Source of the DNA: Escherichia phage vB_VIPECOOM03
Sequence record: OQ721911
Direction: 5' to 3' (one strand)
Length of the DNA stretch: 64,000 bases
Shown here: positions 1 to 10,148 of the stretch, piece by piece
How positions within the stretch are numbered: position 1 is the first letter of the stretch
How the letters are laid out: each line of letters begins with the position of its first letter
Translations under genes and position numbers: made by a program
The notes under the pieces: generated by a model
The model's database searches: none
What the model saw: the letters and a program-made list of their open reading frames with translations, nothing else
Told to the model about the DNA's origin: nothing

Positions 1-2
1 CG

Positions 3-1499
3 GAAATTGCTAATAGCAAACAAGCGATTATCGCTAAAATCTTTGAAAACCAGGAAAAAGATTTCCAGACAGCTCCAGAGTACAAAGACGAAAAAATCGC
101 TCAGGCGTTCGGTTCTTTCTTAACAGAAGCTGAAATCGGTGGTGACCACGGTTACAATGCTACTAACATCGCTGCAGGTCAGACTTCTGGCGCAGTAACT
201 CAGATTGGCCCAGCTGTTATGGGTATGGTACGTCGTGCTATTCCTAACCTGATTGCTTTCGATATTTGCGGTGTTCAGCCGATGAACAGCCCGACCGGTC
301 AGGTATTCGCACTGCGCGCAGTATATGGTAAAGACCCAATCGCTGCCGGCGCTAAAGAAGCATTCCACCCAATGTATGGTCCAGATGCAATGTTCTCTGG
401 TCAGGGTGCTGCTAAGAAATTCGCTGCTTTGAAAGCAAGTGATACTCTTGAAGTTGGAACTATTTACACCCACTTCTTCCAGGACACCGGTACTGTATAT
501 CTGCAAGCTACAGAAGCTAAACAAATTGATTCCACTGCATCTGACGCAGCTAAATTAGATGCTGAAATTAAGAAACAAATGGAAGCTGGTGTACTGGTAG
601 AAATCGCTGAAGGTATGGCTACTTCTATCGCTGAACTTCAGGAAGGTTTCAACGGTTCTACCGATAACCCATGGAATGAAATGGGCTTCCGTATCGATAA
701 ACAAGTTATCGAAGCTAAATCTCGTCAGCTGAAAGCTGCTTACTCTATCGAATTAGCACAAGACCTCCGCGCTGTTCACGGTATGGATGCTGATGCTGAA
801 CTGTCTGGTATTCTGGCTACCGAAATCATGCTGGAAATCAACCGCGAAGTTGTTGATTGGATTAACTACTCAGCTCAGGTTGGTAAATCTGGTATGACCC
901 TGACTCCGGGTTCTAAAGCTGGTGTATTTGACTTCCAGGATCCGATTGATATTCGTGGTGCTCGCTGGGCGGGTGAATCCTTTAAAGCTCTGTTGTTCCA
1001 GATTGACAAAGAAGCAGTTGAAATTGCTCGTCAGACCGGTCGCGGTGAAGGTAACTTCATTATCGCTTCCCGTAACGTAGTTAACGTTCTGGCTTCAGTT
1101 GATACTGGCATTTCTTATGCTGCACAGGGTCTGGCTACCGGCTTTAACACTGATACTACCAAGTCAGTATTTGCGGGTGTTCTGGGTGGTAAATACCGTG
1201 TATATATCGACCAGTATGCTAAACAGGATTATTTCACTGTAGGTTATAAAGGTCCGAACGAAATGGATGCTGGTATTTACTATGCTCCATATGTAGCTCT
1301 AACTCCGCTGCGTGGTTCCGATCCGAAGAACTTCCAACCAGTAATGGGATTCAAAACTCGTTACGGTATCGGTATCAACCCATTTGCAGAATCCGCTGCT
1401 CAGGCTCCGGCTTCTCGCATCCAGAGCGGTATGCCTTCTATTCTGAATAGCCTTGGTAAAAACGCTTACTTTAGACGTGTATATGTTAAAGGTATCTAA
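3..1499 (+). CDS. 23: Major capsid protein gp23, 5'-truncated at window edge
   Basis: Translation from nt 3 reads EIANSKQAIIAKIFENQEKDFQTAPEYKDEK...GMVRRAIPNLIAFDICGVQPMNSPTGQVFALRAVYGKDPIAAG, matching T4 gp23 as I recall it; reading frame is open from the window start. Confidence 0.95.
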   Translation, partial: EIANSKQAIIAKIFENQEKDFQTAPEYKDEKIAQAFGSFLTEAEIGGDHGYNATNIAAGQTSGAVTQIGPAVMGMVRRAIPNLIAFDICGVQPMNSPTGQVFALRAVYGKDPIAAGAKEAFHPMYGPDAMFSGQGAAKKFAALKASDTLEVGTIYTHFFQDTGTVYLQATEAKQIDSTASDAAKLDAEIKKQMEAGVLVEIAEGMATSIAELQEGFNGSTDNPWNEMGFRIDKQVIEAKSRQLKAAYSIELAQDLRAVHGMDADAELSGILATEIMLEINREVVDWINYSAQVGKSGMTLTPGSKAGVFDFQDPIDIRGARWAGESFKALLFQIDKEAVEIARQTGRGEGNFIIASRNVVNVLASVDTGISYAAQGLATGFNTDTTKSVFAGVLGGKYRVYIDQYAKQDYFTVGYKGPNEMDAGIYYAPYVALTPLRGSDPKNFQPVMGFKTRYGIGINPFAESAAQAPASRIQSGMPSILNSLGKNAYFRRVYVKGI

Positions 1500-1514
1500 T
1501 CTTTGACGATTTAA

Positions 1515-1545
1515 GGGACCTTCGGGTCCCTTTAGTTGTTTTTAT
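1515..1545 (+). terminator. Hairpin GGGACC-TTCG-GGTCCC plus T-run after gene 23
   Basis: Perfect 6-bp stem with tetraloop followed by TTTAGTTGTTTTTAT. Confidence 0.6.
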
Positions 1546-1547
1546 GG

Positions 1548-1555
1548 TATAAATA
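1548..1555 (+). promoter_or_regulatory. Late promoter TATAAATA for gene 24
   Basis: Exact TATAAATA 28 bp upstream of the gene 24 ATG. Confidence 0.7.
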
Positions 1556-1582
1556 AATCATATAAACCAAAAGGAAAGCGCA

Positions 1583-2866
1583 ATGGCTAAAATCAACGAA
1601 CTTCTGCGCGAATCAACCACAACGAATAGCAACTCAATCGGTCGCCCAAATCTCGTTGCTTTGACTCGCGCTACCACTAAATTAATATATTCTGACATTG
1701 TAGCAACGCAAAGAACTAATCAACCTGTTGCTGCTTTTTATGGTATCAAATACCTTAACCCAGATAACGAATTTACGTTTAAAACTGGTGCTACTTACGC
1801 TGGCGAAGCTGGATATGTAGACCGAGAACAAATCACAGAATTAACAGAAGAGTCTAAATTAACTCTCAATAAAGGCGATTTATTCAAATATAATAATATC
1901 GTTTATAAAGTATTAGAAGATACACCATTTGCTACCATTGAAGAAAGTGATTTAGAATTAGCTCTTCAGATTGCAATTGTTCTTTTAAAGGTTCGTCTAT
2001 TTTCTGACGCAGCGTCAACAAGCAAATTTGAAAGCTCTGATAGTGAAATTGCTGATGCTAGATTCCAGATTAATAAATGGCAAACCGCGGTTAAATCTCG
2101 TAAACTTAAAACTGGCATCACAGTTGAATTAGCACAAGATTTAGAAGCAAATGGATTCGATGCTCCTAATTTCTTGGAAGATTTGCTTGCAACTGAAATG
2201 GCGGATGAAATCAATAAAGATATTCTACAGTCTTTGATTACAGTATCAAAACGCTATAAAGTTACAGGAATTACTGATACTGGATTTATTGATTTGAGTT
2301 ATGCATCTGCGCCTGAAGCTGGTCGTTCATTATACCGAATGGTGTGTGAAATGGTTTCGCATATCCAAAAAGAATCAACTTATACTGCAACGTTCTGTGT
2401 TGCTTCAGCTCGTGCCGCTGCGATTCTTGCTGCATCAGGTTGGTTAAAACATAAACCAGAAGATGACAAATATCTTTCACAAAATGCCTACGGGTTCTTA
2501 GCTAATGGTTTACCGCTTTATTGCGATACTAACAGCCCATTAGATTATGTAATCGTTGGTGTAGTAGAAAATATCGGTGAAAAAGAAATTGTTGGATCAA
2601 TTTTCTATGCTCCGTATACAGAAGGTCTTGACTTAGATGACCCTGAACATGTAGGTGCATTTAAAGTTGTAGTTGATCCAGAAAGCTTACAACCATCTAT
2701 CGGTTTATTGGTTAGATATGCTTTATCTGCAAATCCTTACACTGTAGCAAAAGATGAAAAAGAAGCAAGAATAATTGATGGTGGAGACATGGATAAAATG
2801 GCGGGTCGTTCAGATTTGTCTGTTTTATTAGGTGTTAAATTACCAAAAATTATCGTCGATGAATAA
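1583..2866 (+). CDS. 24: Head vertex protein gp24
   Basis: 427 aa, MAKINELLRESTTTNSNSIGRPNLVALTRATTKLIYSDIVATQRTNQP matches T4 gp24 and is a gp23 paralog. Confidence 0.95.
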   Translation: MAKINELLRESTTTNSNSIGRPNLVALTRATTKLIYSDIVATQRTNQPVAAFYGIKYLNPDNEFTFKTGATYAGEAGYVDREQITELTEESKLTLNKGDLFKYNNIVYKVLEDTPFATIEESDLELALQIAIVLLKVRLFSDAASTSKFESSDSEIADARFQINKWQTAVKSRKLKTGITVELAQDLEANGFDAPNFLEDLLATEMADEINKDILQSLITVSKRYKVTGITDTGFIDLSYASAPEAGRSLYRMVCEMVSHIQKESTYTATFCVASARAAAILAASGWLKHKPEDDKYLSQNAYGFLANGLPLYCDTNSPLDYVIVGVVENIGEKEIVGSIFYAPYTEGLDLDDPEHVGAFKVVVDPESLQPSIGLLVRYALSANPYTVAKDEKEARIIDGGDMDKMAGRSDLSVLLGVKLPKIIVDE

Positions 2867-2872
2867 AACAAA

Positions 2873-2895
2873 GGGACCGAAAGGTCCCTTTTTAT
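2873..2895. terminator. Bidirectional hairpin GGGACC-GAAA-GGTCCC between convergent genes 24 and rnlB
   Basis: Perfect stem-loop with T-run, located between two convergent stop codons. Confidence 0.6.
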
Positions 2896-3900
2896 TTAAC
2901 TTACCAATTCAATCCAAGCCGGACGAAGTACATCTTGTACCATTTTAACTAATTCCTTTTTAATCAAAGAAGGATTATCCGCTTGAGTTAAAGTAATACC
3001 TTCACGAGAAGTTTCTTCCAAAATATCTTGAACAGTTAGTCCCATCACCTTTCCAAAATCCTTTGGACCAATTTCGCCAATTTTAGAAATAACGTTATTT
3101 ACTCGGTTCAGTGTAACGTAGCAAGCTAAAATTCCCAGCAATTTATTATCAGCTTCTGACAGCTCAACTTTAGCTTTAATAGGCTTATCAGACTTTTTCT
3201 TTTCGCTAAATTTAGAGTTCTTGCATTTAATCGCTACACGATTGCCATTAGGCATCCAAGAAGGATAACAAGGTTTCAATACATATCCTTCAGCAGTAAA
3301 TACTTCGCCTTTTGCTTCGGCATTCCAAACGCATTTATTTGCATCAACTAATCCAGCGTGGTCTACCGTAAAATTATAATCCTGGACGACAGAATCTAAA
3401 TCATTTGGCAATTTAATAAGGTCTTCAAATTTACCACGACCTAAAAGTGGAGCCATTTTAAATTTAAATGTATTACAGAATGATTCCATCATATAATCAT
3501 CGACATAAGTCACATCACCACTTTCGGTAGTAACAATAATGTCAAATACATAAAAATCTTTATCGCCATAATCGACATTCTTCTGAATGCCAGGTCCAGC
3601 AAATTCACCGAAGACTTGATAAGATACAACTGCTGAAGTTTCCATAATATCTTGTACTGCTTTAATGGAATCAGCATAATTCTTTAAAATAATTTCATAC
3701 CCAAAGAAATCTTCAGCAGGAAGAATCAGTCCAGTACGTTTAGCACAAGTTGCTTTATCACGCTCAATAATCAATGAAAAGTTTGTACCGTGAATCTTTT
3801 CACGAGCTACCCATTCGCCACCAGTCAATCCTAAACTGTAAAGTTTTTCAATGAATTTAGAATTGTAATGATTTTCAAGACTGCTATACTTTTTAAACAT
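2896..3900 (-). CDS. rnlB: RNA ligase 2 (Rnl2)
   Basis: 334 aa, [42 protein letters not shown] contains the ligase motif I lysine (KIHGTN); near-identical to T4 Rnl2 as recalled. Confidence 0.95.
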   Translation of the reverse strand: MFKKYSSLENHYNSKFIEKLYSLGLTGGEWVAREKIHGTNFSLIIERDKATCAKRTGLILPAEDFFGYEIILKNYADSIKAVQDIMETSAVVSYQVFGEFAGPGIQKNVDYGDKDFYVFDIIVTTESGDVTYVDDYMMESFCNTFKFKMAPLLGRGKFEDLIKLPNDLDSVVQDYNFTVDHAGLVDANKCVWNAEAKGEVFTAEGYVLKPCYPSWMPNGNRVAIKCKNSKFSEKKKSDKPIKAKVELSEADNKLLGILACYVTLNRVNNVISKIGEIGPKDFGKVMGLTVQDILEETSREGITLTQADNPSLIKKELVKMVQDVLRPAWIELVS

Positions 3901-3909
3901 AATTAATCC

Positions 3910-4188
3910 TCAAAATGTAATTTCTAACCAATCACCATCACGCTGGTCACTATTGACTTTAAAGCTAAATCCTTCTTTTCTCAGCCAATCACCAATTTCT
4001 TCAGTAATCAATTTATCGCGAGCAGTACAATAATAACTAAAATATGTTTTACCTTGTTCAGCTGCTTTATTAGCAAGTTCCGAAAAATCTTTAATAAAAC
4101 ACTCTAGTTTAAACTGTTTACTTTTAAGTGCTTTTTCGCGCAATTGATTAGCAAAAGATTCATTTTCATAAAGATCATACTGTTCCAT
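3910..4188 (-). CDS. Hypothetical protein (position of T4 24.2)
   Basis: 92-aa ORF packed between rnlB and the next ORF by overlap; synteny only. Confidence 0.55.
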   Translation of the reverse strand: MEQYDLYENESFANQLREKALKSKQFKLECFIKDFSELANKAAEQGKTYFSYYCTARDKLITEEIGDWLRKEGFSFKVNSDQRDGDWLEITF

Positions 4189-4390
4189 TTTTCACCTTTT
4201 TATTAATATGTCTTTTTCTATAGACAACTTTTTCTCGAGTCTCAAATTTATTCTTAGCAGTCATAGCTCGAGCCCATAATACAGCCACTTCCTTTGCCTG
4301 TAAGTTCAATTCACGAGCAATTTCAATGAATGACTTTCCAGACTCATGGAGTGTAAACACCACAACCTCAGTTCTCATAATCAATCTCAT
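4175..4390 (-). CDS. Hypothetical small protein with possible HTH (position of T4 24.3)
   Basis: 71-aa ORF; the segment SFIEIARELNLQAKEVAVLWARAM resembles a helix-turn-helix. Confidence 0.5.
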   Translation of the reverse strand: MRLIMRTEVVVFTLHESGKSFIEIARELNLQAKEVAVLWARAMTAKNKFETREKVVYRKRHINKKVKNGTV

Positions 4391-4459
4391 GTTATCGAGT
4401 TGGTGCCATTATATACATCGTTTTCTGACTATGTTTTGCGTGCTTTCAAAATGAAGAAA

Positions 4460-4473
4460 GGGGCCGAAGCCCC
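4460..4473 (-). terminator. Hairpin GGGGCUUCGGCCCC after hoc
   Basis: Perfect stem with UUCG tetraloop 6 bp beyond the hoc stop, followed by a U-rich tract on the - strand. Confidence 0.55.
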
Positions 4474-4478
4474 TGAGA

Positions 4479-5609
4479 TTATGGATAGGTATAGATGATA
4501 CCAGTTTCTAAAGCAGTTTTATGAATGATGTATCCATTACGCGATTCTTGAACATCAACTTCCGGATAGTCTTTCATCATCTTCTGAAGAGTGTAACGAT
4601 GCAAGTAGTACTTACTATCTGGGTCGTCAGTTTTCCAATCTTTACCTTCTTCAGTCATTTTTTGGATTTCATCCATAACCCACCAACCGCACCAGATATA
4701 AGCTGAAGTACGATGTGGAAGAGGATGAACATAAGGTAATTCACCTTCTGGTTCCGGAGCAACTTTATCAGTTACCTGAACTTGACCTGTTGTTTTAACT
4801 GTTTTGCTATCATAGTCAGTTGCTGTAACGACAGCAGTAACTTCAATAGTTTGACTTCCAACAGATGAGGTATCGATAGTATATACGTTAGTTGACCCTT
4901 CTACAGGAGAAGAATCTTTCTTCCATGAGTAAGTAATTTGTGCTGCGTCAGGTGCGCCAGTAACATTAGCAGTAAATGTAGCCGAAGCATCTTGCTGAAC
5001 GTTAATAGAAGGAGGAGTCAATGTAACCTGTGGATTCATTGTCTTCTTATTAACCGTCAATGATACTTCATTAGAAGTAACTTCCTTTGCATCATAATCT
5101 GTCGCGGTTACTTGAGCTACGCATTTAATTCTTTTTACTCCACTTGTAGTTGGAGTATAGCTAAATGTAGCGGAAGTTGCTTCACTAACAGGAGAATCAT
5201 CTACATGCCACTGATATGTAGCAGATGCACCTGATGGTTGAGAAGCTAAGACAGCAGTAAATTCAACAGGAGTTCCAATTACTCCAGCAGCAGGACTAGC
5301 AGGAGTTACAGCTAAGGTAGTTGTCTGTGTCTTATTTTGAACTGTGATAGTTGTAGAAGCTTCTGCTGTTTCAGCCTCAGCTTCTGGAACTGTGTTTGTT
5401 GCAACTACTTTAATAGTCTTTTGACCGGCAGGTCCTTTTAGTACATAACTAAAAGTTGCTTCAGTTCCATCTTGTGGAACATCATCTACAGTCCAAGCAT
5501 AGGTAATAGTTCCACCTCCAGTTTCACCACTGGGTGTAGCAGTAAACTGCTGAGTCTGATCTATAACTCCAGTAGGTGTTTTAGGAGTTATATCAACTGT
5601 AAAAGCCAT
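4479..5609 (-). CDS. hoc: Highly immunogenic outer capsid protein Hoc
   Basis: 376 aa, MAFTVDITPKTPTGVIDQTQQFTATPSGETGGGTITYAW...YVHPLPHR...IWCGWWVMDEIQ; Ig-like repeats and capsid-binding C-terminus as in T4 Hoc. Confidence 0.93.
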   Translation of the reverse strand: MAFTVDITPKTPTGVIDQTQQFTATPSGETGGGTITYAWTVDDVPQDGTEATFSYVLKGPAGQKTIKVVATNTVPEAEAETAEASTTITVQNKTQTTTLAVTPASPAAGVIGTPVEFTAVLASQPSGASATYQWHVDDSPVSEATSATFSYTPTTSGVKRIKCVAQVTATDYDAKEVTSNEVSLTVNKKTMNPQVTLTPPSINVQQDASATFTANVTGAPDAAQITYSWKKDSSPVEGSTNVYTIDTSSVGSQTIEVTAVVTATDYDSKTVKTTGQVQVTDKVAPEPEGELPYVHPLPHRTSAYIWCGWWVMDEIQKMTEEGKDWKTDDPDSKYYLHRYTLQKMMKDYPEVDVQESRNGYIIHKTALETGIIYTYP

Positions 5610-5618
5610 AAGTTATCC

Positions 5619-6299
5619 TTATTTTAATGTTACGAAAGAAGAGTTGCGTGTTTCACGAATTAAAACTGATCCGTCACGGTTAATGTAGTAAATTAAGCTA
5701 AATAAAGTTTGATGTGCCGACGCGTGTTCAAAACTAGTTGGGTGAGATTTCCAATCCGGAGTTTCAGCAATCCACTGGTAAATCCACCAAGGAACAGTGC
5801 AGAATCCTGGATTTTTTCCAATCAGCTGAAGATTCGGACTAAAGTTTTCCGGAAGAGTAAATACAGACGGCTTTTCAGATTCAATAATCTCAGCTACGGC
5901 CTGCTCGAATTTTTCTTCAACAAAAGGAGTATCTTCAATCAAAACATCGGTATTTTCAGGAATTTTATCCGTTTCTACTACTTCAATTTTAATGTCAGAT
6001 TTAAGTGGAGAATCAATCAGAAGTGCTGCTTCTGGATTGACTTCTTCATCGTCATATTTTAATCCCTCTGCAGCATCAGCAGCATTAATTAAGTCTTTAA
6101 TAGATAACCCATCAGTCTCTGGCATAGGTTCACTAGCGAGCTTCTGGAGGGCTTCTTCAATATCAATAACGATATTATCAAAAGATTTATTCTTTTTGAC
6201 CTTTATACCAAACTGTTCAGCATATTCAGCTAATTTAGCTTTAGCTTCTTTATTATCATCAAGAGCCTTCAGCTCTGCAATATAATCTTTATCTATCAT
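5619..6299 (-). CDS. inh: Inhibitor of prohead protease (Inh)
   Basis: 226 aa, MIDKDYIAELKALDDNKEAKAKLAEYAEQFGIKVKK matches T4 Inh. Confidence 0.9.
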   Translation of the reverse strand: MIDKDYIAELKALDDNKEAKAKLAEYAEQFGIKVKKNKSFDNIVIDIEEALQKLASEPMPETDGLSIKDLINAADAAEGLKYDDEEVNPEAALLIDSPLKSDIKIEVVETDKIPENTDVLIEDTPFVEEKFEQAVAEIIESEKPSVFTLPENFSPNLQLIGKNPGFCTVPWWIYQWIAETPDWKSHPTSFEHASAHQTLFSLIYYINRDGSVLIRETRNSSFVTLK

Positions 6300-6312
6300 A
6301 ATATTTCCTCAG

Positions 6313-6320
6313 TATAAATA
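6313..6320 (+). promoter_or_regulatory. Late promoter TATAAATA for uvsW
   Basis: Exact TATAAATA 30 bp upstream of the uvsW ATG. Confidence 0.65.
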
Positions 6321-6349
6321 TAGATATATTTATTACATGGTATTTAGAC

Positions 6350-7861
6350 ATGACTGACATTAAAGTACATTTTTATGATTTTAGTCACGTGAGAATTGAT
6401 TGTGAAGAAAGTACATTTCATGAACTCCGTGATTTCTTTAGCTTTGAAGCTGATGGGTATCGTTTTAATCCGAAGTACAAATATGGCCACTGGGATGGAC
6501 GAATCCGTCTTTTAGATTATAATCGCCTTCTTCCATTTGGCTTAGTCGGGCAAATTAAAAAGTTCTGCGATAACTTTGGCTATAAAGCTTGGATTGACCC
6601 ACAAATTAACGAAAAAGAAGAATTATCAAGAAAAGATTTTGATGAATGGCTTTCTAAATTAGAAATCTATTCAGGAAATAAAAGAATTGAACCGCATTGG
6701 TATCAAAAAGATGCAGTGTTCGAAGGATTAGTTAATCGTCGTAGAATTCTTAATCTTCCAACATCCGCAGGTAAATCTTTAATTCAAGCTTTGCTTGCAC
6801 GTTATTATTTGGAAAATTATGAAGGTAAAATTCTTATCATTGTTCCAACAACTGCTTTAACAACTCAGATGGCTGATGACTTTGTTGACTATCGTTTATT
6901 CAGTCATGCAATGATAAAGAAAATCGGCGGTGGAGCATCAAAAGATGATAAATATAAAAATGATGCACCGGTAATTGTTGGTACATGGCAAACTGTAGTA
7001 AAACAACCGAAAGAATGGTTCTCACAGTTTGGAATGATGATGAATGATGAATGCCATCTTGCCACAGGAAAAAGTATTTCATCTATCATATCAGGTTTAA
7101 ATAACTGCATGTTTAAATTTGGTCTATCAGGTTCATTGCGTGATGGCAAAGCTAATATCATGCAGTATGTTGGAATGTTTGGTGAAATATTTAAGCCAGT
7201 AACGACTTCTAAATTAATGGAAGATGGACAAGTAACTGAGTTAAAAATTAATAGTATTTTTCTTCGCTATCCCGATGAGTTCACTACTAAATTAAAGGGA
7301 AAAACTTACCAAGAAGAAATAAAAATTATTACTGGGCTCAGTAAAAGAAATAAATGGATCGCTAAATTAGCTATTAAACTTGCACAAAAAGATGAAAACG
7401 CTTTTGTCATGTTTAAGCATGTATCACATGGTAAAGCTATTTTCGATTTAATTAAAAATGAATACGATAAAGTTTATTACGTATCAGGAGAAGTTGATAC
7501 CGAAACACGCAACGTAATGAAAACCCTAGCTGAAAACGGTAAAGGAATAATTATAGTAGCTAGTTATGGTGTATTTTCTACTGGTATTTCAGTTAAAAAT
7601 CTGCATCACGTTGTTTTAGCGCACGGTGTTAAATCTAAAATTATTGTATTGCAAACAATAGGTCGCGTATTACGTAAGCATGGTTCTAAAACAATCGCAA
7701 CGGTCTGGGACCTCATTGATGATTGTGGCGTCAAGCCAAAATCTGCTAATACGAAAAAGAAATACGTTCATTTGAACTATCTTTTAAAACACGGCATTGA
7801 TCGTATTCAGCGCTACGCAGATGAAAAATTTAATTACGTAATGAAAACAGTTAATTTATAA
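6350..7861 (+). CDS. uvsW: UvsW recombination/repair helicase
   Basis: 503 aa; SF2 helicase motifs (NLPTSAGKS Walker A, DECH box MMNDECHLATG); matches T4 UvsW. Confidence 0.93.
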   Translation: MTDIKVHFYDFSHVRIDCEESTFHELRDFFSFEADGYRFNPKYKYGHWDGRIRLLDYNRLLPFGLVGQIKKFCDNFGYKAWIDPQINEKEELSRKDFDEWLSKLEIYSGNKRIEPHWYQKDAVFEGLVNRRRILNLPTSAGKSLIQALLARYYLENYEGKILIIVPTTALTTQMADDFVDYRLFSHAMIKKIGGGASKDDKYKNDAPVIVGTWQTVVKQPKEWFSQFGMMMNDECHLATGKSISSIISGLNNCMFKFGLSGSLRDGKANIMQYVGMFGEIFKPVTTSKLMEDGQVTELKINSIFLRYPDEFTTKLKGKTYQEEIKIITGLSKRNKWIAKLAIKLAQKDENAFVMFKHVSHGKAIFDLIKNEYDKVYYVSGEVDTETRNVMKTLAENGKGIIIVASYGVFSTGISVKNLHHVVLAHGVKSKIIVLQTIGRVLRKHGSKTIATVWDLIDDCGVKPKSANTKKKYVHLNYLLKHGIDRIQRYADEKFNYVMKTVNL

Positions 7862-7886
7862 GGGCTCCGGCCCTTTGGAGAAAAAG

Positions 7887-8117
7887 ATGTTACTAGAATT
7901 TAAACAATTTCTTTATGAAGCTTCTATTGATGAATTTATGGGTAAAATTGCCTCTTGCCAAACATTAGAAGGTCTAGAAGAACTTGAAGCTTATTATAAG
8001 AAAAGAGTTAAAGAAACTGAATTAAAAGATACTGATGACATCTCTGTGAGAGATGCTTTGGCAGGAAAAAGAGCTGAATTAGAAGATTCAGACGATGAAG
8101 TAGAAGAAAGCTTTTAA
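7887..8117 (+). CDS. uvsW.1: UvsW.1 small acidic protein
   Basis: ATG at 7887 preceded by GGAG; 76 aa MLLEFKQFLYEASIDEFMGK...; the ORF-track start at 7875 is a TTG. Confidence 0.8.
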   Translation: MLLEFKQFLYEASIDEFMGKIASCQTLEGLEELEAYYKKRVKETELKDTDDISVRDALAGKRAELEDSDDEVEESF

Positions 8118-8173
8118 ATTAAAAAAAGGCCCAACCAAAAAGGAAGGGCCAAAACTATAGACTAAAGGTCACA

Positions 8174-8341
8174 CTATAGCAAAAGTTGTGTTTCATTTAA
8201 TTGTTCTTCCGAACTTTCTGAAACTGGTAGTTCTTTAATGTAATTATAGCAAGGCCCAGGATGTACAGGACCTTTGTCTGTTTCAACAACCAATGCAGAA
8301 TCGATTGGAGTTTTACAGACAACACAAATCTTATCTGACAT
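8174..8341 (-). CDS. Small Cys-containing hypothetical protein (uvsY.-2 position)
   Basis: 55-aa ORF MSDKICVVCKTPIDSALVVETDKGPVHPGPC..., below the ORF-track length cut-off; contains CxxC...C. Confidence 0.45.
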   Translation of the reverse strand: MSDKICVVCKTPIDSALVVETDKGPVHPGPCYNYIKELPVSESSEEQLNETQLLL

Positions 8342-8369
8342 GATTGTCTCCTCTAAATTATATATCTAT

Positions 8370-8594
8370 TTATATAACTCTCATATGCATATCAATGCCC
8401 ATATCTTTAGAATAAAAATATTCATCAAGATATCCGGCAAATTTTCCTTTAATATAAAGTACATCTTCACCGCATGGGTGGTCGGCCAGAATACGAATAT
8501 CCTGACGCTTGAGATTATACTTTTTCATTAAGAATTGAATTTCCGTTTCAAATTCTTCTTCATAATTAAAAGCATCATCAATGCTATATTTCAT
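8370..8594 (-). CDS. Hypothetical protein (uvsY.-1 position)
   Basis: 74-aa ORF abutting the uvsY stop. Confidence 0.6.
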   Translation of the reverse strand: MKYSIDDAFNYEEEFETEIQFLMKKYNLKRQDIRILADHPCGEDVLYIKGKFAGYLDEYFYSKDMGIDMHMRVI

Positions 8595-9007
8595 TATTTT
8601 CCAGCCTCAAATGCTCGCATGTCTTGAATATGCTTAATAGCAAATCCACGTGATTTAATAGCATCAAGAGCTCCGCTACAGAAATCCAATAAAATTCCCC
8701 AATATTGTAATGAAGTATCAACTTTTAAAACATCCTTATCAGCTGATAGAACTGTCTTCATTTCTGATTTCTCATAACGGTCCATACTAAATTCATCACC
8801 ATCTCCTCGTCCCGAGTAGTAGTCTAATTTAGCTTTAAGAGCAACTTTTTTCTGTGCGTCAATTCTAAGCATTTCCTTTTTAATACTTGAATGCTTATTG
8901 AGCCATTTACTATATAACATCACATTATTAGCTGCTTCATACTGTAATTTAGTCGAATCTATAAACACATCTTTCTTCAATTCTTCTTGAAGATCTTCTA
9001 ATTTCAT
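8594..9007 (-). CDS. uvsY: UvsY recombination mediator
   Basis: 137 aa, MKLEDLQEELKKDVFIDSTKLQYEAANNVMLYSKWLNKHSS matches T4 UvsY. Confidence 0.93.
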   Translation of the reverse strand: MKLEDLQEELKKDVFIDSTKLQYEAANNVMLYSKWLNKHSSIKKEMLRIDAQKKVALKAKLDYYSGRGDGDEFSMDRYEKSEMKTVLSADKDVLKVDTSLQYWGILLDFCSGALDAIKSRGFAIKHIQDMRAFEAGK

Positions 9008-9073
9008 ATTGTTCTCTATTCAATTGTTATTGGATGGACTTAGATTCATTATACCACGTTTATACGTGAAGCA

Positions 9074-9472
9074 TTATACTCTGTTACTGGAAGCCAGTTG
9101 TAGTTTTATCTGCTCAATATCATCAGGGTTATCGATGACCGAAAAGCGTATTTCTACTATCAGAGTATAATCATCATAAACCGGTATTACATTAACTGCT
9201 AATTTATCAATACGTGGCTCGTAGTTTCTTACTGCGCTTTCAATGTTACGCTCAACAGTATCAGCAGTAAGAGGAGTCATATTCTCAAAAAGCTGATCAG
9301 ATAAATCACATCCAAATTCCGGGTCAAATGGTCTCGACCCTTTTCTGGTTGTAATAATTCCCAAAAGGCTATTTTTAATTGACCTTAATCCAAGAGATCT
9401 AGAAACATCTTTGTCCCAATCCATTTTCATTTCTGGGTCAATGTCAGAATAAAGCTTATTAATATTTGCCAT
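9074..9472 (-). CDS. 25: Baseplate wedge protein gp25
   Basis: 132 aa, [54 protein letters not shown] (gp25/GPW lysozyme-like fold family). Confidence 0.93.
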   Translation of the reverse strand: MANINKLYSDIDPEMKMDWDKDVSRSLGLRSIKNSLLGIITTRKGSRPFDPEFGCDLSDQLFENMTPLTADTVERNIESAVRNYEPRIDKLAVNVIPVYDDYTLIVEIRFSVIDNPDDIEQIKLQLASSNRV

Positions 9473-10098
9473 TACAATAGCTCAAAGAATTCTTTGAGTC
9501 CTCTTATTACATGAGCGTGAGATTTTCCACACTCTGGACATTTAATTGGAACAGCCAAATAAACAGTAGGCTTTAAAAGCATATCTTTTATAGCTACAAT
9601 ATCTGACTCTGTGATGATAGAATATAAATCTTCCAACTCTTTTTCATTTAAGTCTTCAATTGGAATGCTTTCTCCGTTAGCATGAATCGTTTCTATACAT
9701 GATACTATCATGTGGGCTATGTTTTTATCATCAAAAATTTTAGGGTAATGGAACTTAATTTTAATGTCACCCAGTGTATACCAGAGGTCTTCTGGTGCAT
9801 CTATTCGTGTATGTAATAGATTTATATGGGTTGGTATTTCAGTTCCACAGGTGCACTTCCAGGAGTTTTCGTGATTAACTTCTCCAAGAGAATGTGCCCA
9901 TAAATGAATCAATAGTAGTTCTGATTCTTGGCGGTTTAAATCTTTTGCATTTGTACAGTCTTTGATTAGCTTTTTAACGATCTCTTCTACTGAACCGTTC
10001 TTTTTAGCAGTAATAAGTTCTAGATATTCTTTAAGAGTAAATGCGCGACAGTTGATTATTTTAGAACCAACTCTCACATCAAATTTGTATTCATACAT
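9472..10098 (-). CDS. 26: Baseplate hub protein gp26
   Basis: 208 aa ORF in the conserved position and orientation between gp25 and gp51. Confidence 0.88.
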   Translation of the reverse strand: MYEYKFDVRVGSKIINCRAFTLKEYLELITAKKNGSVEEIVKKLIKDCTNAKDLNRQESELLLIHLWAHSLGEVNHENSWKCTCGTEIPTHINLLHTRIDAPEDLWYTLGDIKIKFHYPKIFDDKNIAHMIVSCIETIHANGESIPIEDLNEKELEDLYSIITESDIVAIKDMLLKPTVYLAVPIKCPECGKSHAHVIRGLKEFFELL

Positions 10099-10119
10099 AT
10101 TTAGCTCCTTTATTTATCA

Positions 10120-10131
10120 TATTTATAAATA
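10120..10131. promoter_or_regulatory. Divergent overlapping late promoters for gene 26 (-) and gene 51 (+)
   Basis: ATATTTATAAATAG holds TATAAATA on both strands, 22 bp and 18 bp upstream of the two divergent start codons. Confidence 0.65.
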
Positions 10132-10148
10132 GAATAAAAGGAGCATCT